Sequence record: NZ_CP040051.1 | Source of the DNA: a plasmid | Direction: 5' to 3' (one strand) | DNA: 64,000 bases | In this document: piece by piece, positions 40,531 through 50,582 of the stretch | Position numbering within the stretch: position 1 is the stretch's first letter | How the letters are laid out: the number at the start of each line of letters is the position of its first letter | Program-made: the position numbers and the translations under genes | Notes under the pieces: model-generated | Databases searched by the model: none | What the model was told of the DNA's origin: nothing | Seen by the model: only the letters and a program-made list of their open reading frames with translations

Positions 40531-40863
40531 TTATCTGTTTGATTTAAGATTTGTTCTAAGAATATCAAAAAACGTGTTTGTATCGACTTCTCGCCACTTA
40601 TAACCATAGAATTCACTAATAGGTATAACCACCTGATGAGTGAATTCTTCTTTATCATTTATGTATCCGGTTTGAACCTTTAGGAACCCATCAAGACCAA
40701 AAAAGTCATATCCAATATCTCTACTTAGGGTTGAAAGTGGACAGTTAAAATGGCCTATTGGTTGCTTTAAATAGCCCTTTCCTCTTTTTTTGGGAATTAA
40801 AAGGTTAATATCATTTGTACCAAAGAAAACTAGAATAATTTTATCATCATGTTTTAGATTCAT
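40531..40863 (-). CDS. hypothetical protein (110 aa) translationally coupled downstream of the GHKL ATPase
   Basis: The ATG lies immediately after the stop of the 704-aa ORF. Confidence 0.4.
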   Translation of the reverse strand: MNLKHDDKIILVFFGTNDINLLIPKKRGKGYLKQPIGHFNCPLSTLSRDIGYDFFGLDGFLKVQTGYINDKEEFTHQVVIPISEFYGYKWREVDTNTFFDILRTNLKSNR

Positions 40864-42978
40864 TTAGGTGTTCTCTTCAGTCTTGGTTTCACAATTAAAA
40901 ACATTACTGAGTACCATTGCATTGAAATCATTAAAACCTCTTTTCTTAGCTATAGTTTCATAAATGAAACTTTGCCAAGTTTGCAGCTTTGGATTTCTGT
41001 AGCGTGTAGACTTAGGATCAGCCAGCCAAGCATTAAAGGTGTCATAGCTTAATCCGAATAACTCTTTATTCTTTTTCCCTTCCTCAACTGCTTTGAATGA
41101 ATAATTTAAGTCATGCAGTATGTTATAGAGTTCTCGCGCATTTTGAGGCGTTGGTTGATCGATCATTGCTAAAAGTTTTAATTCAGTTTCATCCGGAGCG
41201 GTTGAGCTCGAATTACTATGTATGGTGTTATTAGATGAACTTAGGCTCTCCAGAAGTGGAATAAAGTCATTGCGAATAACAAAATCATGGAATCGTTCAT
41301 AGAATTCAAAATTATGGCCTTCTTCATCGTCGAGAAGATGTGCATACTCATGGATTAAAATTAATAGTAATCTTAAATATGAATTCTGCTGGTAAAAGCT
41401 GATTGTCCTTATATCGAAGACAATATTCGATGTCATGTTGGTCCATGCATTATCTAGCTCTGATTTGCCTAGAAAAATCTCTCGCTTACCATAACAATCA
41501 TTTATAAAATCTGGATAGGCATCACAAAATCTAGTATTCAATTTTTTTAGAAATTCAAGAAAGCCGGTTTGCTCGTTATTTAGATCTTTTTGGTCAATTA
41601 TTTTTCGATCAAAAGATATCTTTTCCTTTTCATCCTTATAATTTAAAAGGGTTACTGGAGGTATGTCTGTGAACATTTCATAGTTGGTATAGGCTACAAC
41701 TATATCTTTAAACTCAGATAACAGCTTCATAAGCATATAATCATAATCATATAAGTTTTCATTATCCGGCTGTTCATTCTTATCGATATACTCTTGAATT
41801 AGGCGTGTGCGGAGATAGCCTTGCAAATGCGAAATATCATAGGTTTCCTCCAAGATGAGACAGTTTGTTCTCTTTTCGATTTTTTCAACTACGAGCACGT
41901 CGTAATCTGACCTAATTACCATCATGATAGCTTTAGATTTTGAAATATCGATAAGGCTTTGTTTATAACCTTTATAATCGGTAAAGACGTCGAGAGGAGT
42001 ATTTAGCATCATCAATATTGCCTCTTTATCATACCGGCAATCTTTCAGTGGATTTTTTAGAATATTAGCCAGCATACCTAAAGCTAATTTGCTCGATAGC
42101 TTCTTATTTTTTTTCTCATTGATTGTGGTGAGTTTAATAAAGGTTGGATCTACGACATCTCGGATCTTCCCTTCTATGTTTTTAAATAGCTCACAACGAT
42201 CCTCAATAATTTCATTACGTGAAGATGTAATCTTGAATTGAGATTTAGAAATAATACTACCTTTAAAAATAGCATTTTTAAAACGGGCATAAGGAACCCA
42301 AACACCTATATTATAGACTTTAAGGGAATCAGAATTCGGATCTAGAATATAATATGCATAATCATCTTCAATGATTTTGCATTCAGAATCTAAACAATCT
42401 GATATATTTTTATTAATTTGATTTTTATTTATGAATACTGGAATTTGAACATATTTAATAATTGATTGGATTTCTTCTATTATTTCAGTAATAGAACCCA
42501 TCGAATCTGTAATGTTTGTATAAATATAACCGGATATTTTGCATCCATTGAACTTTTTGGCGAGTCTAGTAATAGTAAACCCAAGTTCTTCGTCTGACTT
42601 TTCTCTTAGCGGCTTATAGATATCTACTTTGAGTTGGTAGTTGTTACTTGTCCATGTGGTTATAGCGTAATTAAAGACCTGTCCGCGACCAATACGAAAT
42701 TTTCCGTATGTAGCATCACCCTCTTCATGAGGTGCACCAAACATTGCAAAGTATTCATCAATAGATTTTTTGGTAAAACCTTTTCCATCATCAATAATTT
42801 CAAACTGAAGATGTTTTTTGGCATTTAACCATAATTTTATATTTATTTGCGTGGCATTTGCATCAATAGAGTTCATTATCAACTCTACTATCGCTTTAGG
42901 TAAACCGTTGGCTTGCTGCTCAATGGCATTTACGATGAACTTGGGATGCAGCTTAAATTTTTTTGTTGTAGAGGTCAT
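40864..42978 (-). CDS. GHKL (Bergerat-fold, HATPase_c-like) ATPase, 704 aa, with a C-terminal HExxH (HEYAHLLDDEEGH) zincin-like motif
   Basis: N-box ELIMNSIDANAT and G1 box FEIIDDGKGFT near the N-terminus. HEYAH at about aa 545. No homology search was possible. Confidence 0.6.
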   Translation of the reverse strand: MTSTTKKFKLHPKFIVNAIEQQANGLPKAIVELIMNSIDANATQINIKLWLNAKKHLQFEIIDDGKGFTKKSIDEYFAMFGAPHEEGDATYGKFRIGRGQVFNYAITTWTSNNYQLKVDIYKPLREKSDEELGFTITRLAKKFNGCKISGYIYTNITDSMGSITEIIEEIQSIIKYVQIPVFINKNQINKNISDCLDSECKIIEDDYAYYILDPNSDSLKVYNIGVWVPYARFKNAIFKGSIISKSQFKITSSRNEIIEDRCELFKNIEGKIRDVVDPTFIKLTTINEKKNKKLSSKLALGMLANILKNPLKDCRYDKEAILMMLNTPLDVFTDYKGYKQSLIDISKSKAIMMVIRSDYDVLVVEKIEKRTNCLILEETYDISHLQGYLRTRLIQEYIDKNEQPDNENLYDYDYMLMKLLSEFKDIVVAYTNYEMFTDIPPVTLLNYKDEKEKISFDRKIIDQKDLNNEQTGFLEFLKKLNTRFCDAYPDFINDCYGKREIFLGKSELDNAWTNMTSNIVFDIRTISFYQQNSYLRLLLILIHEYAHLLDDEEGHNFEFYERFHDFVIRNDFIPLLESLSSSNNTIHSNSSSTAPDETELKLLAMIDQPTPQNARELYNILHDLNYSFKAVEEGKKNKELFGLSYDTFNAWLADPKSTRYRNPKLQTWQSFIYETIAKKRGFNDFNAMVLSNVFNCETKTEENT

Positions 42979-43139
42979 AATTATATCCGGTTAAGGTAAT
43001 ATAATTATTATATTTCATGTACAAAGTACAATCAATTAAAATAAATAAAATATTGTACAAAGAACAACAATATTAATTATAGTTTTAAATGTACTTTGTA
43101 CAATAATATAAAGTTTTCTGTGTGATGTACAAAGTACAT

Positions 43140-43934
43140 TTATTTGTGCAATGTTGCAAGGTAGAAAGGTCTAAATTTAGGTGCTGCCAATGCCAAGTCT
43201 TCCATACGTTTTTGTGGCATAGGATGAGTGCTTAGCATTTGCGAGAGTTTATTGTTCTGCCCTTTCTGTTGGTCCCCAACCTTCTTCCATAAGGTAATGG
43301 CTGCATCTGGATTAAAACCGGCTTTGGCTGCTATTTCTAATCCCAATAGATCCGCTTCACTCTCCTGACTTCGGCTATGCGGTAATGTTAATCCTAACTT
43401 TGTACCGAAGTACGCCAAGATCTGAGCATTGCCTCCAATTTGGCCTAACGCTAAATCCGATACGAGATTTCTTGAAGCTTTTTCTCGGCCATGCTCAAGT
43501 AGTGCATGAGCAATTTCATGGCCGATGATTGCTGCAATCTCATCGTCATTTAAATTAAGAGTTTTGATCATACCTTCAAAAATTGCCATTTTGCCTTGAC
43601 CTACACAAAAGGCATTAATTGTAGTGGTATTAATTACATGTAGCTCCCAAGTCCATTGATTCGTTTCAGGTTTAATGTCTTGAACTTGCGCCGTAATTTT
43701 CTTGGCTATATTGACTACTCTTTTTGTTAATTCAGGTTTTCTATCCAAAGCGCCAGAATTTTTATAATTGTTCATTAAAACAACATAACCTTTGTTTGCT
43801 TCGATGTAATAGTCTTGAGACGGGATTAAGAGAAATTGTTTTCTTGAGAGTCCGGATGCTGAATTTTGAATTGTAGTCATGCAACCAGATAAGACGCTTG
43901 AAATTAGAATCACACTCAAAGCTTTATTTATCAT
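43140..43934 (-). CDS. M48-family zinc metalloprotease lipoprotein (HEIAH)
   Basis: Signal peptide plus lipobox (LSGC). IIGHEIAHALLEHG zinc-binding motif. Confidence 0.7.
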   Translation of the reverse strand: MINKALSVILISSVLSGCMTTIQNSASGLSRKQFLLIPSQDYYIEANKGYVVLMNNYKNSGALDRKPELTKRVVNIAKKITAQVQDIKPETNQWTWELHVINTTTINAFCVGQGKMAIFEGMIKTLNLNDDEIAAIIGHEIAHALLEHGREKASRNLVSDLALGQIGGNAQILAYFGTKLGLTLPHSRSQESEADLLGLEIAAKAGFNPDAAITLWKKVGDQQKGQNNKLSQMLSTHPMPQKRMEDLALAAPKFRPFYLATLHK

Positions 43935-44090
43935 AAACTTAACCCTGTATTATATTGTCTAATTTTATATCTCTAAAAAGAGTATACCAAAAAAAACAAG
44001 ATTTTTAAAATTTAGATATATGCAAAAAATAAAAATCTTGCTACGATTATTTTAATACAGTTCCGACCTAAAAGTCGAAGGAGCCGCTTC

Positions 44091-44375
44091 ATGCGTTCAC
44101 CACAAGAACATATGCAACTTGATGTTCATATAGTTATAAAAATACGCCTTCTCGAACTTGAATATAAGCTGCACTTAAGAACCGCTATCTGTTTTCTATT
44201 GGGTGCTGTTTTAAGCTTAAGCTTCGCCTTCCCTTTTGATTTTGGCTTTTCTTTATCCACACTGTTTTTAATAGCCTCGTTTGCATCTGGTGCAGTTGCT
44301 TTGTACTGGTTAAACTCGGCCCAAGAATTTAAAGCAGCCCACCGAAGCTTATGTGATGAGTATTCACGGTACTGA
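44091..44375 (+). CDS. small membrane protein (94 aa)
   Basis: ORF with two hydrophobic segments. Confidence 0.3.
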   Translation: MRSPQEHMQLDVHIVIKIRLLELEYKLHLRTAICFLLGAVLSLSFAFPFDFGFSLSTLFLIASFASGAVALYWLNSAQEFKAAHRSLCDEYSRY

Positions 44376-44377
44376 GT

Positions 44378-44950
44378 ATGGAGATTGAAATCATGACTAA
44401 AGTTATTTCAAAAAGAAAAACCATTTTGGATACCGCTTTATCACTCTTTAAGCAGTACAGCTTTAAGTTTGTCGGTGTAGATCGGATCATCAATGAGTCA
44501 CAAGTTGCGAAAATGACTTTTTATAAACACTTTCCGTCTAAGACTTTGTTGATTCAGGCTTGTTTATGTGAAGAGCAAAAGACAATTGAAGAGTCTATTT
44601 TAAGTGAGCTGTCTTTACTTTCTGAGGCTGGAAATATCGACCGTTTAAAAGCATTGCTAAATTGGCATGTCACGTATATCAATCAGCAAAATTTTAATGG
44701 CTGTCTTTTTCAAAAAGCAGTGTATGAAAATGAGGTGAGTGAGGAAGTTTTATCCGTCATTCAAGCCCATAAACAATGGAAGTTCAAATTAGTTTCAGAC
44801 TTAATGGAAGTTCCAGAATGCAGTACTGCCTTTGTCTCATCTTCGATGGTGTATAGCATGTTAGAAGGCATGCTCTTGCCTGCAAATATAAATCCATGTG
44901 TGGACCATGAAACAGCAATTAAGAGTCTAATTCAGACATTTGAGGCTTAA
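44378..44950 (+). CDS. TetR-family transcriptional regulator (190 aa)
   Basis: N-terminal HTH ILDTALSLFKQYSFKFVGVDRIINESQVAKMTFYKHFPSK. Confidence 0.6.
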   Translation: MEIEIMTKVISKRKTILDTALSLFKQYSFKFVGVDRIINESQVAKMTFYKHFPSKTLLIQACLCEEQKTIEESILSELSLLSEAGNIDRLKALLNWHVTYINQQNFNGCLFQKAVYENEVSEEVLSVIQAHKQWKFKLVSDLMEVPECSTAFVSSSMVYSMLEGMLLPANINPCVDHETAIKSLIQTFEA

Positions 44951-44973
44951 AGCCTCAAATAAGGAAAATAAAT

Positions 44974-45471
44974 GTGAATAATTTATTTGATACGATTTAT
45001 TCAGATATGTTTGTAATGATTGTTGCAAGTGCTTTTATTGCAGTGATGATCACTTCTTTAACCTCAATATTAGTTAAAGTAAATTTAAGTGGTTACGCCA
45101 TACCATTGACATCTTTTATTTGGTTTCTTTTTTTATACGGTCCAATTCCAGCTCCGGCCCAACAAGCTTTAAAGAAAGATCTAGTTTTTTTAAAAAATAA
45201 TAATGTTCAAACGAATGCAATGATAAATACAATTATTCTTTCATGCAGTGATGCTTTAAAGGGTAGCTATATTAAAGGTTATCAATATAGAGATTTCAGA
45301 GAAGCATATGAGCTTGATGTTAATGCATTTTTAGAAAGTAATAAACTTTTTACCCATCCTTTAAACTCCAGCCAAATTACCAAAGATCCAATCTATGCTG
45401 AAAGTAAAAATATTTGTGACGCTGCTTGGATGTATAATAAGTTTAAACAAGAGCATCAAACAAAAGGGTAG
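44974..45471 (+). CDS. membrane-anchored hypothetical protein (165 aa), tandem paralog A
   Basis: Shares LKKDLVFLK ... TN.MIN.II ... GYIKG.QY ... C.AAWM.NK.K..HQ with the next ORF. Confidence 0.4.
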   Translation: MNNLFDTIYSDMFVMIVASAFIAVMITSLTSILVKVNLSGYAIPLTSFIWFLFLYGPIPAPAQQALKKDLVFLKNNNVQTNAMINTIILSCSDALKGSYIKGYQYRDFREAYELDVNAFLESNKLFTHPLNSSQITKDPIYAESKNICDAAWMYNKFKQEHQTKG

Positions 45472-45563
45472 AACAATCAATTTTGTTATTAATCTATTGC
45501 ATTAATTTTTAAATTAAACCAATCAGAACAGTAAATGTTTAATAACTTTAAAATGAGATATTA

Positions 45564-46061
45564 ATGTTAGTTGTATTTTTAGAACTATTTTATAGAGAGT
45601 GGTGGATTCAGGTCCTAGTTTGTATTTTGCTTGCCAAAATTATAGCCGACCTACTATCCGTTTATTTTAAAAAGCCACTCAAATCTTTAGTCATACCATT
45701 TACAGCAATCGTATATTTTACATTCATCTTCACCCCTTTACCTTCAGTTGTTCAGCAAGAACTTAAAAAAGATTTGGTTTTTTTAAAGTTCAATAAAGTT
45801 AAAACTAATGGAATGATAAATCGAATCATCTATATATGTGATGATAAGAGTCAAGGAGGCTACATAAAAGGCTTTCAATATGAAGAAATTAAAGATGCAT
45901 ATCTCCGCGATATTGATAGACATTCTGAGAAAGACGGTGCCTATCTAAGTCCGGTTAAAAATGCTGAAGCGGATCCGATCTATAAGGATAGTCAGGATCT
46001 TTGTGAAGCTGCTTGGATGTTAAACAAATATAAAGCGGATCATCAAATTTTTCCTGAATAA
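45564..46061 (+). CDS. membrane-anchored hypothetical protein (165 aa), tandem paralog B
   Basis: Paralog of 44974-45471. Confidence 0.4.
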   Translation: MLVVFLELFYREWWIQVLVCILLAKIIADLLSVYFKKPLKSLVIPFTAIVYFTFIFTPLPSVVQQELKKDLVFLKFNKVKTNGMINRIIYICDDKSQGGYIKGFQYEEIKDAYLRDIDRHSEKDGAYLSPVKNAEADPIYKDSQDLCEAAWMLNKYKADHQIFPE

Positions 46062-46074
46062 GTGAGATGTCTCT

Positions 46075-46581
46075 ATGAGTTCAATTAGATTAAATTTAAT
46101 GTCGCCTAAGACTATCACTGAAGGTGTAAAAAAAATCCTGAATCACTTGTGTTTGCAAGAAAAGGATGCGGAGTACTTAGAATTTATAAAACCCAAGAAA
46201 TTTACTCCAGCTCCAATTGAATGCCATTTAAATGTTTGGGTTCAATGTAATAAAGAAGGAGGTTCAGCAGTAAGCGGCTGGATGATTGCTGAAGATCCTA
46301 AACATCATTTTGTAGAGGCCCAATATCACACTGTATGGATCTCGCCTTCAGGCAAATTAGTTGACATAACCCCAAGACAGGATAAGGAAAAAAAAGTGCT
46401 GTTTGTGCCGGATTATGCACGACCATTAAAATTTAATGTCTCTCCAGATGGGAATACAATATTTTTTATCTATACGAATTGTAAGATGCAATTTAAAAAA
46501 ATTATCGTGGATATTGAACGTGTACAGATCATGAGCAATTCTAAATTTGCAATTAAGCACGGATTCTATAAAAAAGGATAA
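46075..46581 (+). CDS. hypothetical protein (168 aa)
   Basis: ORF only. Confidence 0.35.
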   Translation: MSSIRLNLMSPKTITEGVKKILNHLCLQEKDAEYLEFIKPKKFTPAPIECHLNVWVQCNKEGGSAVSGWMIAEDPKHHFVEAQYHTVWISPSGKLVDITPRQDKEKKVLFVPDYARPLKFNVSPDGNTIFFIYTNCKMQFKKIIVDIERVQIMSNSKFAIKHGFYKKG

Positions 46582-46584
46582 GAT

Positions 46585-47481
46585 ATGATTGATACCTTAT
46601 TGTCTCCTTTTTCAGTTAAACACGAGCTCTATAGTCAACTGAAGAAGCATCAAGAAAACAAAATCAATATTGTCGATAGAGACTCAATTTATCTATTTGA
46701 TATTTTTAGTTTTGAGTCTTTCAAAATAAAGAGTGAAAGCCCCTATTCCCATGTTGCTTATTTCTCTTGTTCCTATACAGATGATGTCACTGAGCTGGAA
46801 CTTTGCTTTAATCCAATTTTTCAGGATTTTGATATACCTAAATTGACAATAGATATTTCACAGCTAAGTGGTTTTGGCCACTCTAAATCTGACCTATTCA
46901 AGTATAAATCTATAGATGAATTTGTTGAAAGTGAATGCCCTTCTTATATTGAGACAATTAGTCAGGCTCAGTTAAGACTAATGCTCTCTCATCGGGGGAT
47001 CCAGATTGTAAATAATCAAGATTCAACATTTGACAATTTCTATATGTATGGCTGGCAGCCTAAAGTATTTTTAAGCAATGAAAATGGTTCACATCATCTT
47101 GCGTCAGCTCAATACATTGCGTTAAGACTTAATCAGCCAGTACCATTGACTGCACGACTTATTTATAAAGTCATTAGAGGTGAGCAACTTGCTAATTTTC
47201 ATGATCGTTATGCAGCGTACATAACGCCTCTCCATGAATTAGATGACTACTTTAAGTGGTTTGATAATTCCAATATTAAATTTATCCGGTTAGATGATTC
47301 TTTGCATGAATATGCAGTGTATTTCTTTAAGCGTACAAGTGAAAACAAGCGGATCATAGAGCTGTTTAGTTCAAAGTTTTCTTCATTAAACCAAATATTA
47401 TGGAAAAGACTGTCAGATCAAACAAATAATATGCTGTTAAAAGCGCTTGTACCGCTTAATTCAGGCTGTTGGAGCTATTAG
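46585..47481 (+). CDS. hypothetical protein (298 aa)
   Basis: ORF only. Confidence 0.35.
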   Translation: MIDTLLSPFSVKHELYSQLKKHQENKINIVDRDSIYLFDIFSFESFKIKSESPYSHVAYFSCSYTDDVTELELCFNPIFQDFDIPKLTIDISQLSGFGHSKSDLFKYKSIDEFVESECPSYIETISQAQLRLMLSHRGIQIVNNQDSTFDNFYMYGWQPKVFLSNENGSHHLASAQYIALRLNQPVPLTARLIYKVIRGEQLANFHDRYAAYITPLHELDDYFKWFDNSNIKFIRLDDSLHEYAVYFFKRTSENKRIIELFSSKFSSLNQILWKRLSDQTNNMLLKALVPLNSGCWSY

Positions 47482-47968
47482 TATGGCTAGCCCCCAATCT
47501 TGCAATAAATTTGCCCTAAAAGCCTCCTGTAAGGATTGTCCGTTTAGAAAAGATAGCGGAGGTTATCTACATCCGGAAAGGGTACGGGAAATTGTTAATT
47601 ATATGAGTAAAGATGATGCTCTATTCCCTTGTCATAAAACTGTGGGTACAGCTCGGACTAATTTAAACGAAGCTTTAGAGTTGCTAGAAGATGAACTGTC
47701 GTTTAACGGACTCTCACAAAATCTTACGGCACGAAAAGAGCTTGAAGAGAAGTACCAGATTGACAATCTTCAGGAAGCACTACTTGAAGAAATGAAGTCA
47801 GAAAAGGTTTGTGCTGGCTGGTTAATATTAGGGAAAAAAGAGCAAATCATTAACAATAATTTCCCATTGAGATTAGCTCAAATGCAAGGACTTTTACGGT
47901 TAAATGAATTAACAAGAGAGGAAGAGATATATGATTCTATTGAGCAAGCAATTTCAGATCATTCTTGA
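47447..47968 (+). CDS. conserved hypothetical protein (Cys-rich, CKDCPFRK ... FPCHKTV), paralog of 6723-7109
   Basis: Shared motifs with the block-A gene. Confidence 0.45.
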   Translation: MYRLIQAVGAISMASPQSCNKFALKASCKDCPFRKDSGGYLHPERVREIVNYMSKDDALFPCHKTVGTARTNLNEALELLEDELSFNGLSQNLTARKELEEKYQIDNLQEALLEEMKSEKVCAGWLILGKKEQIINNNFPLRLAQMQGLLRLNELTREEEIYDSIEQAISDHS

Positions 47969-48086
47969 GCAGCTCCAATATTGTATTTATAGGAATTAAA
48001 CTGTTTATCTATCCTTTATTAATTTTAAAATGTACATAGGCTTGTCTTCACAACCCGTATCATAACCAATTTTTGAGATTTCTTTA

Positions 48087-48533
48087 ATGTTTACATTCCT
48101 TCAAGAGCACTGGTATTTCGTTTATATCATTGCAATAACGATTGGTTTGCTGTCTCTTTTTATCCGTCTTTATATATTACCTAAAATTCGATCATCGGAA
48201 GGTCCACAAAGTGAAATTTTTTTCGCAAAGAATTTAATCGAAATCTTGAATTCTGATCATAACTTAGTAATGTATGTGAATAATTCTGATGGTAAATCAC
48301 CAGATTCTAATATGCGTGATAATGTAATTATCAAAGACCCTTTACGTTTTGAAGATGATTATTTAATAACTAGAGCATCTTCACCACATATTTATTTTGA
48401 TCCAAAGACATTAAAGGTTAAAGGATATTTCTTCCTTCATAGTAAGGGAACATTCCAAGATAAGTACGCTGATACAGTATATGAAGGACAATTAGAACTA
48501 CTTGAAGTCGAAAATAGAAAAGGTGTTAAATAA
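48087..48533 (+). CDS. hypothetical protein with N-terminal TM segment (148 aa)
   Basis: ORF only. Confidence 0.35.
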   Translation: MFTFLQEHWYFVYIIAITIGLLSLFIRLYILPKIRSSEGPQSEIFFAKNLIEILNSDHNLVMYVNNSDGKSPDSNMRDNVIIKDPLRFEDDYLITRASSPHIYFDPKTLKVKGYFFLHSKGTFQDKYADTVYEGQLELLEVENRKGVK

Positions 48534-48929
48534 ATGGACAATTTAATTTTAATTCATATTTTAAATTTTTTCTTGATTATTTGGTTTTTTAATAGCTCTA
48601 TTTATAGCTTTATTCGAAATAGGATTATTGACAAGCGTGATGGTGCTGCCATGCGAGCTACAGCATCACTTAGTGGATATGTTGAGAAGTATGGTTTAAA
48701 AGCTTGTTATGTAGATAGTAGCCAAGCTGATTATAGAGTTAATAAATCTAAACTACCTCCAGCAACCAGAAAGGCCGTTAATGCTCTAGAAAATATAGAG
48801 TTCAATACTCGTCAATTTATATTCTATGTTACGGACGGTGAGACTAAAGAGCTTATAGCACATTGCTACCGTAGTGAAGATGGCCAATTGCTTAAATACA
48901 AAGTCAAGTTAAGCCCGAAATCAAAATAG
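48534..48929 (+). CDS. hypothetical protein with N-terminal TM segment (131 aa)
   Basis: ORF only, adjacent to the preceding stop. Confidence 0.35.
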   Translation: MDNLILIHILNFFLIIWFFNSSIYSFIRNRIIDKRDGAAMRATASLSGYVEKYGLKACYVDSSQADYRVNKSKLPPATRKAVNALENIEFNTRQFIFYVTDGETKELIAHCYRSEDGQLLKYKVKLSPKSK

Positions 48930-48959
48930 AAATTTATAGACACGCCTGAGAAATCACTG

Positions 48960-49529
48960 ATGACAAATAAAGCTTCACAGCCTAGAACATTTACATTATC
49001 TGATGAGAAGAGGATCCATATCTTAACGACAGCTCTAAACTTATTTGATCAGTTTGGTTTTCAGCATATAAGCATTATGCGTATTATCACTGAAGCAAAA
49101 ATTGCTAAACAAAGTTTCTACATGGCTTTCCCTTCCAAAGATTCCTTCATCATTGAATGTTTAGATATGGAAATCTCTAGACTGAAGCAATCACTAAGCA
49201 ACCTCTTGGGCCAGTGTGGTAAAGATGACCATACAAGTATTTTAAAATCCTTCTATCAGTGGCACGTGGACCTAGCTTATAGAGAAGGATATAACGGTAC
49301 GCTGTTAACAAAAGCTGTGATCGAATATTGGAATTTACCAGATATAAAAATGAAGGTTGAAGACTTCAACAAATGGAAATATGAAATTATTGCAGAGTAT
49401 CTGGCGGAAGAAATCAACAATGCTCGACTAAGAATTATAGTAAGCGCAATGAATGGGATTTTATTGCCGGCTAGTACTTACTTGCCTACATGGGAAGATA
49501 TTGAAAGTTTATATGGTGAGCAATTTTGA
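48960..49529 (+). CDS. TetR-family transcriptional regulator, paralog of 44378-44950
   Basis: HTH ILTTALNLFDQFGFQHISIMRIITEAKIAKQSFYMAFPSK, collinear with the other TetR. Confidence 0.55.
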   Translation: MTNKASQPRTFTLSDEKRIHILTTALNLFDQFGFQHISIMRIITEAKIAKQSFYMAFPSKDSFIIECLDMEISRLKQSLSNLLGQCGKDDHTSILKSFYQWHVDLAYREGYNGTLLTKAVIEYWNLPDIKMKVEDFNKWKYEIIAEYLAEEINNARLRIIVSAMNGILLPASTYLPTWEDIESLYGEQF

Positions 49530-50023
49530 AAAAAAATAGTTTGAATCGAATCATCTTCAATGAAGGACTAAATACATTAAAAATTTTAGTTTTTGTAGTA
49601 TTTGTAGTCTATATTCTAAAGTACTTCTTAAATGTATATTTAGGTGTCGTATTAAGTGGAGAAATGGCTCGTTTCTTTGGCATTTTTATGACACTATTAA
49701 TTGTTATCTATGATTATATCTCAGGAATTATTAATAAATTATCTAATAAACTTCAAGAAGAGACTGATCGAAAAGAAGCTATTAAAATACTTGAAGCAAA
49801 TCAATTAAAAGTAGGTTTAATCTTATCAGAATTACCTTTGGATTTAAATAATTTAGAAAAGCGTGAATGTGTGGAAGCTTATATAACTTTAAAGGATCAA
49901 AATTCACAATTCGTCCTCGTTAATTCTGATAACGAAGTAAATGCACGATTGTACTTTTTAGGAAAATATGCAGATAAAGATCACAATAAGTACAAGCTTA
50001 TACTTAAGAGAAATTTAGATTAA
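49526..50023 (+). CDS. membrane protein (165 aa) overlapping the TetR stop
   Basis: ATGA overlap. Two TM segments. Confidence 0.4.
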   Translation: MKKNSLNRIIFNEGLNTLKILVFVVFVVYILKYFLNVYLGVVLSGEMARFFGIFMTLLIVIYDYISGIINKLSNKLQEETDRKEAIKILEANQLKVGLILSELPLDLNNLEKRECVEAYITLKDQNSQFVLVNSDNEVNARLYFLGKYADKDHNKYKLILKRNLD

Positions 50024-50040
50024 TTTTTATACCATCATCA

Positions 50041-50394
50041 TTAATTAACATCGCAAGGTATGCCGTTTTTGGTGATGATGGATTTAAATTGAGCTATTAA
50101 TGGTTTCTCTGAAAGAATGACTTTCTGTAGTGAATAGTCATCTTGAAGTTCAAATTTTGCAGTATTTGAAGCAATGTAGTTATGTTTTTCTTTTAATAAA
50201 GAATATGCATAACAGGTCTTTAATCCATTATTAGGCTCTTTGGTAAGTTCTTGGAATACTTGAGCAATTTCCATGTCTCTTTCAAACAGACCTTTATTGA
50301 ACTGTTCTTTGGTCGCTTGTGGTTTTGCGTCAACAATAACTGGTAATAAAGCTAAAGAAAGTACTAAAAGAATTTTAACGTTCATGAAATTCAT
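50041..50394 (-). CDS. small secreted protein (117 aa, signal peptide)
   Basis: N-terminal signal-like MNFMNVKILLVLSLALLPVIVDA. Confidence 0.4.
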   Translation of the reverse strand: MNFMNVKILLVLSLALLPVIVDAKPQATKEQFNKGLFERDMEIAQVFQELTKEPNNGLKTCYAYSLLKEKHNYIASNTAKFELQDDYSLQKVILSEKPLIAQFKSIITKNGIPCDVN

Positions 50395-50582
50395 CTTTTT
50401 ACTGTTTTCATAATTATAACATTACAAATAATTCTTGATTCGAAATATTCTTTCAAAAACATATATCCTTATGATAACATTGGCTTGCTAAATGCGGCTT
50501 CTGGTGCAGCTTACTTGTGTGAAAGTAAAAGCCATCTTTTTAAATCTTATATCTACAAATTTAAACGAACCTTGTCGTCTAT

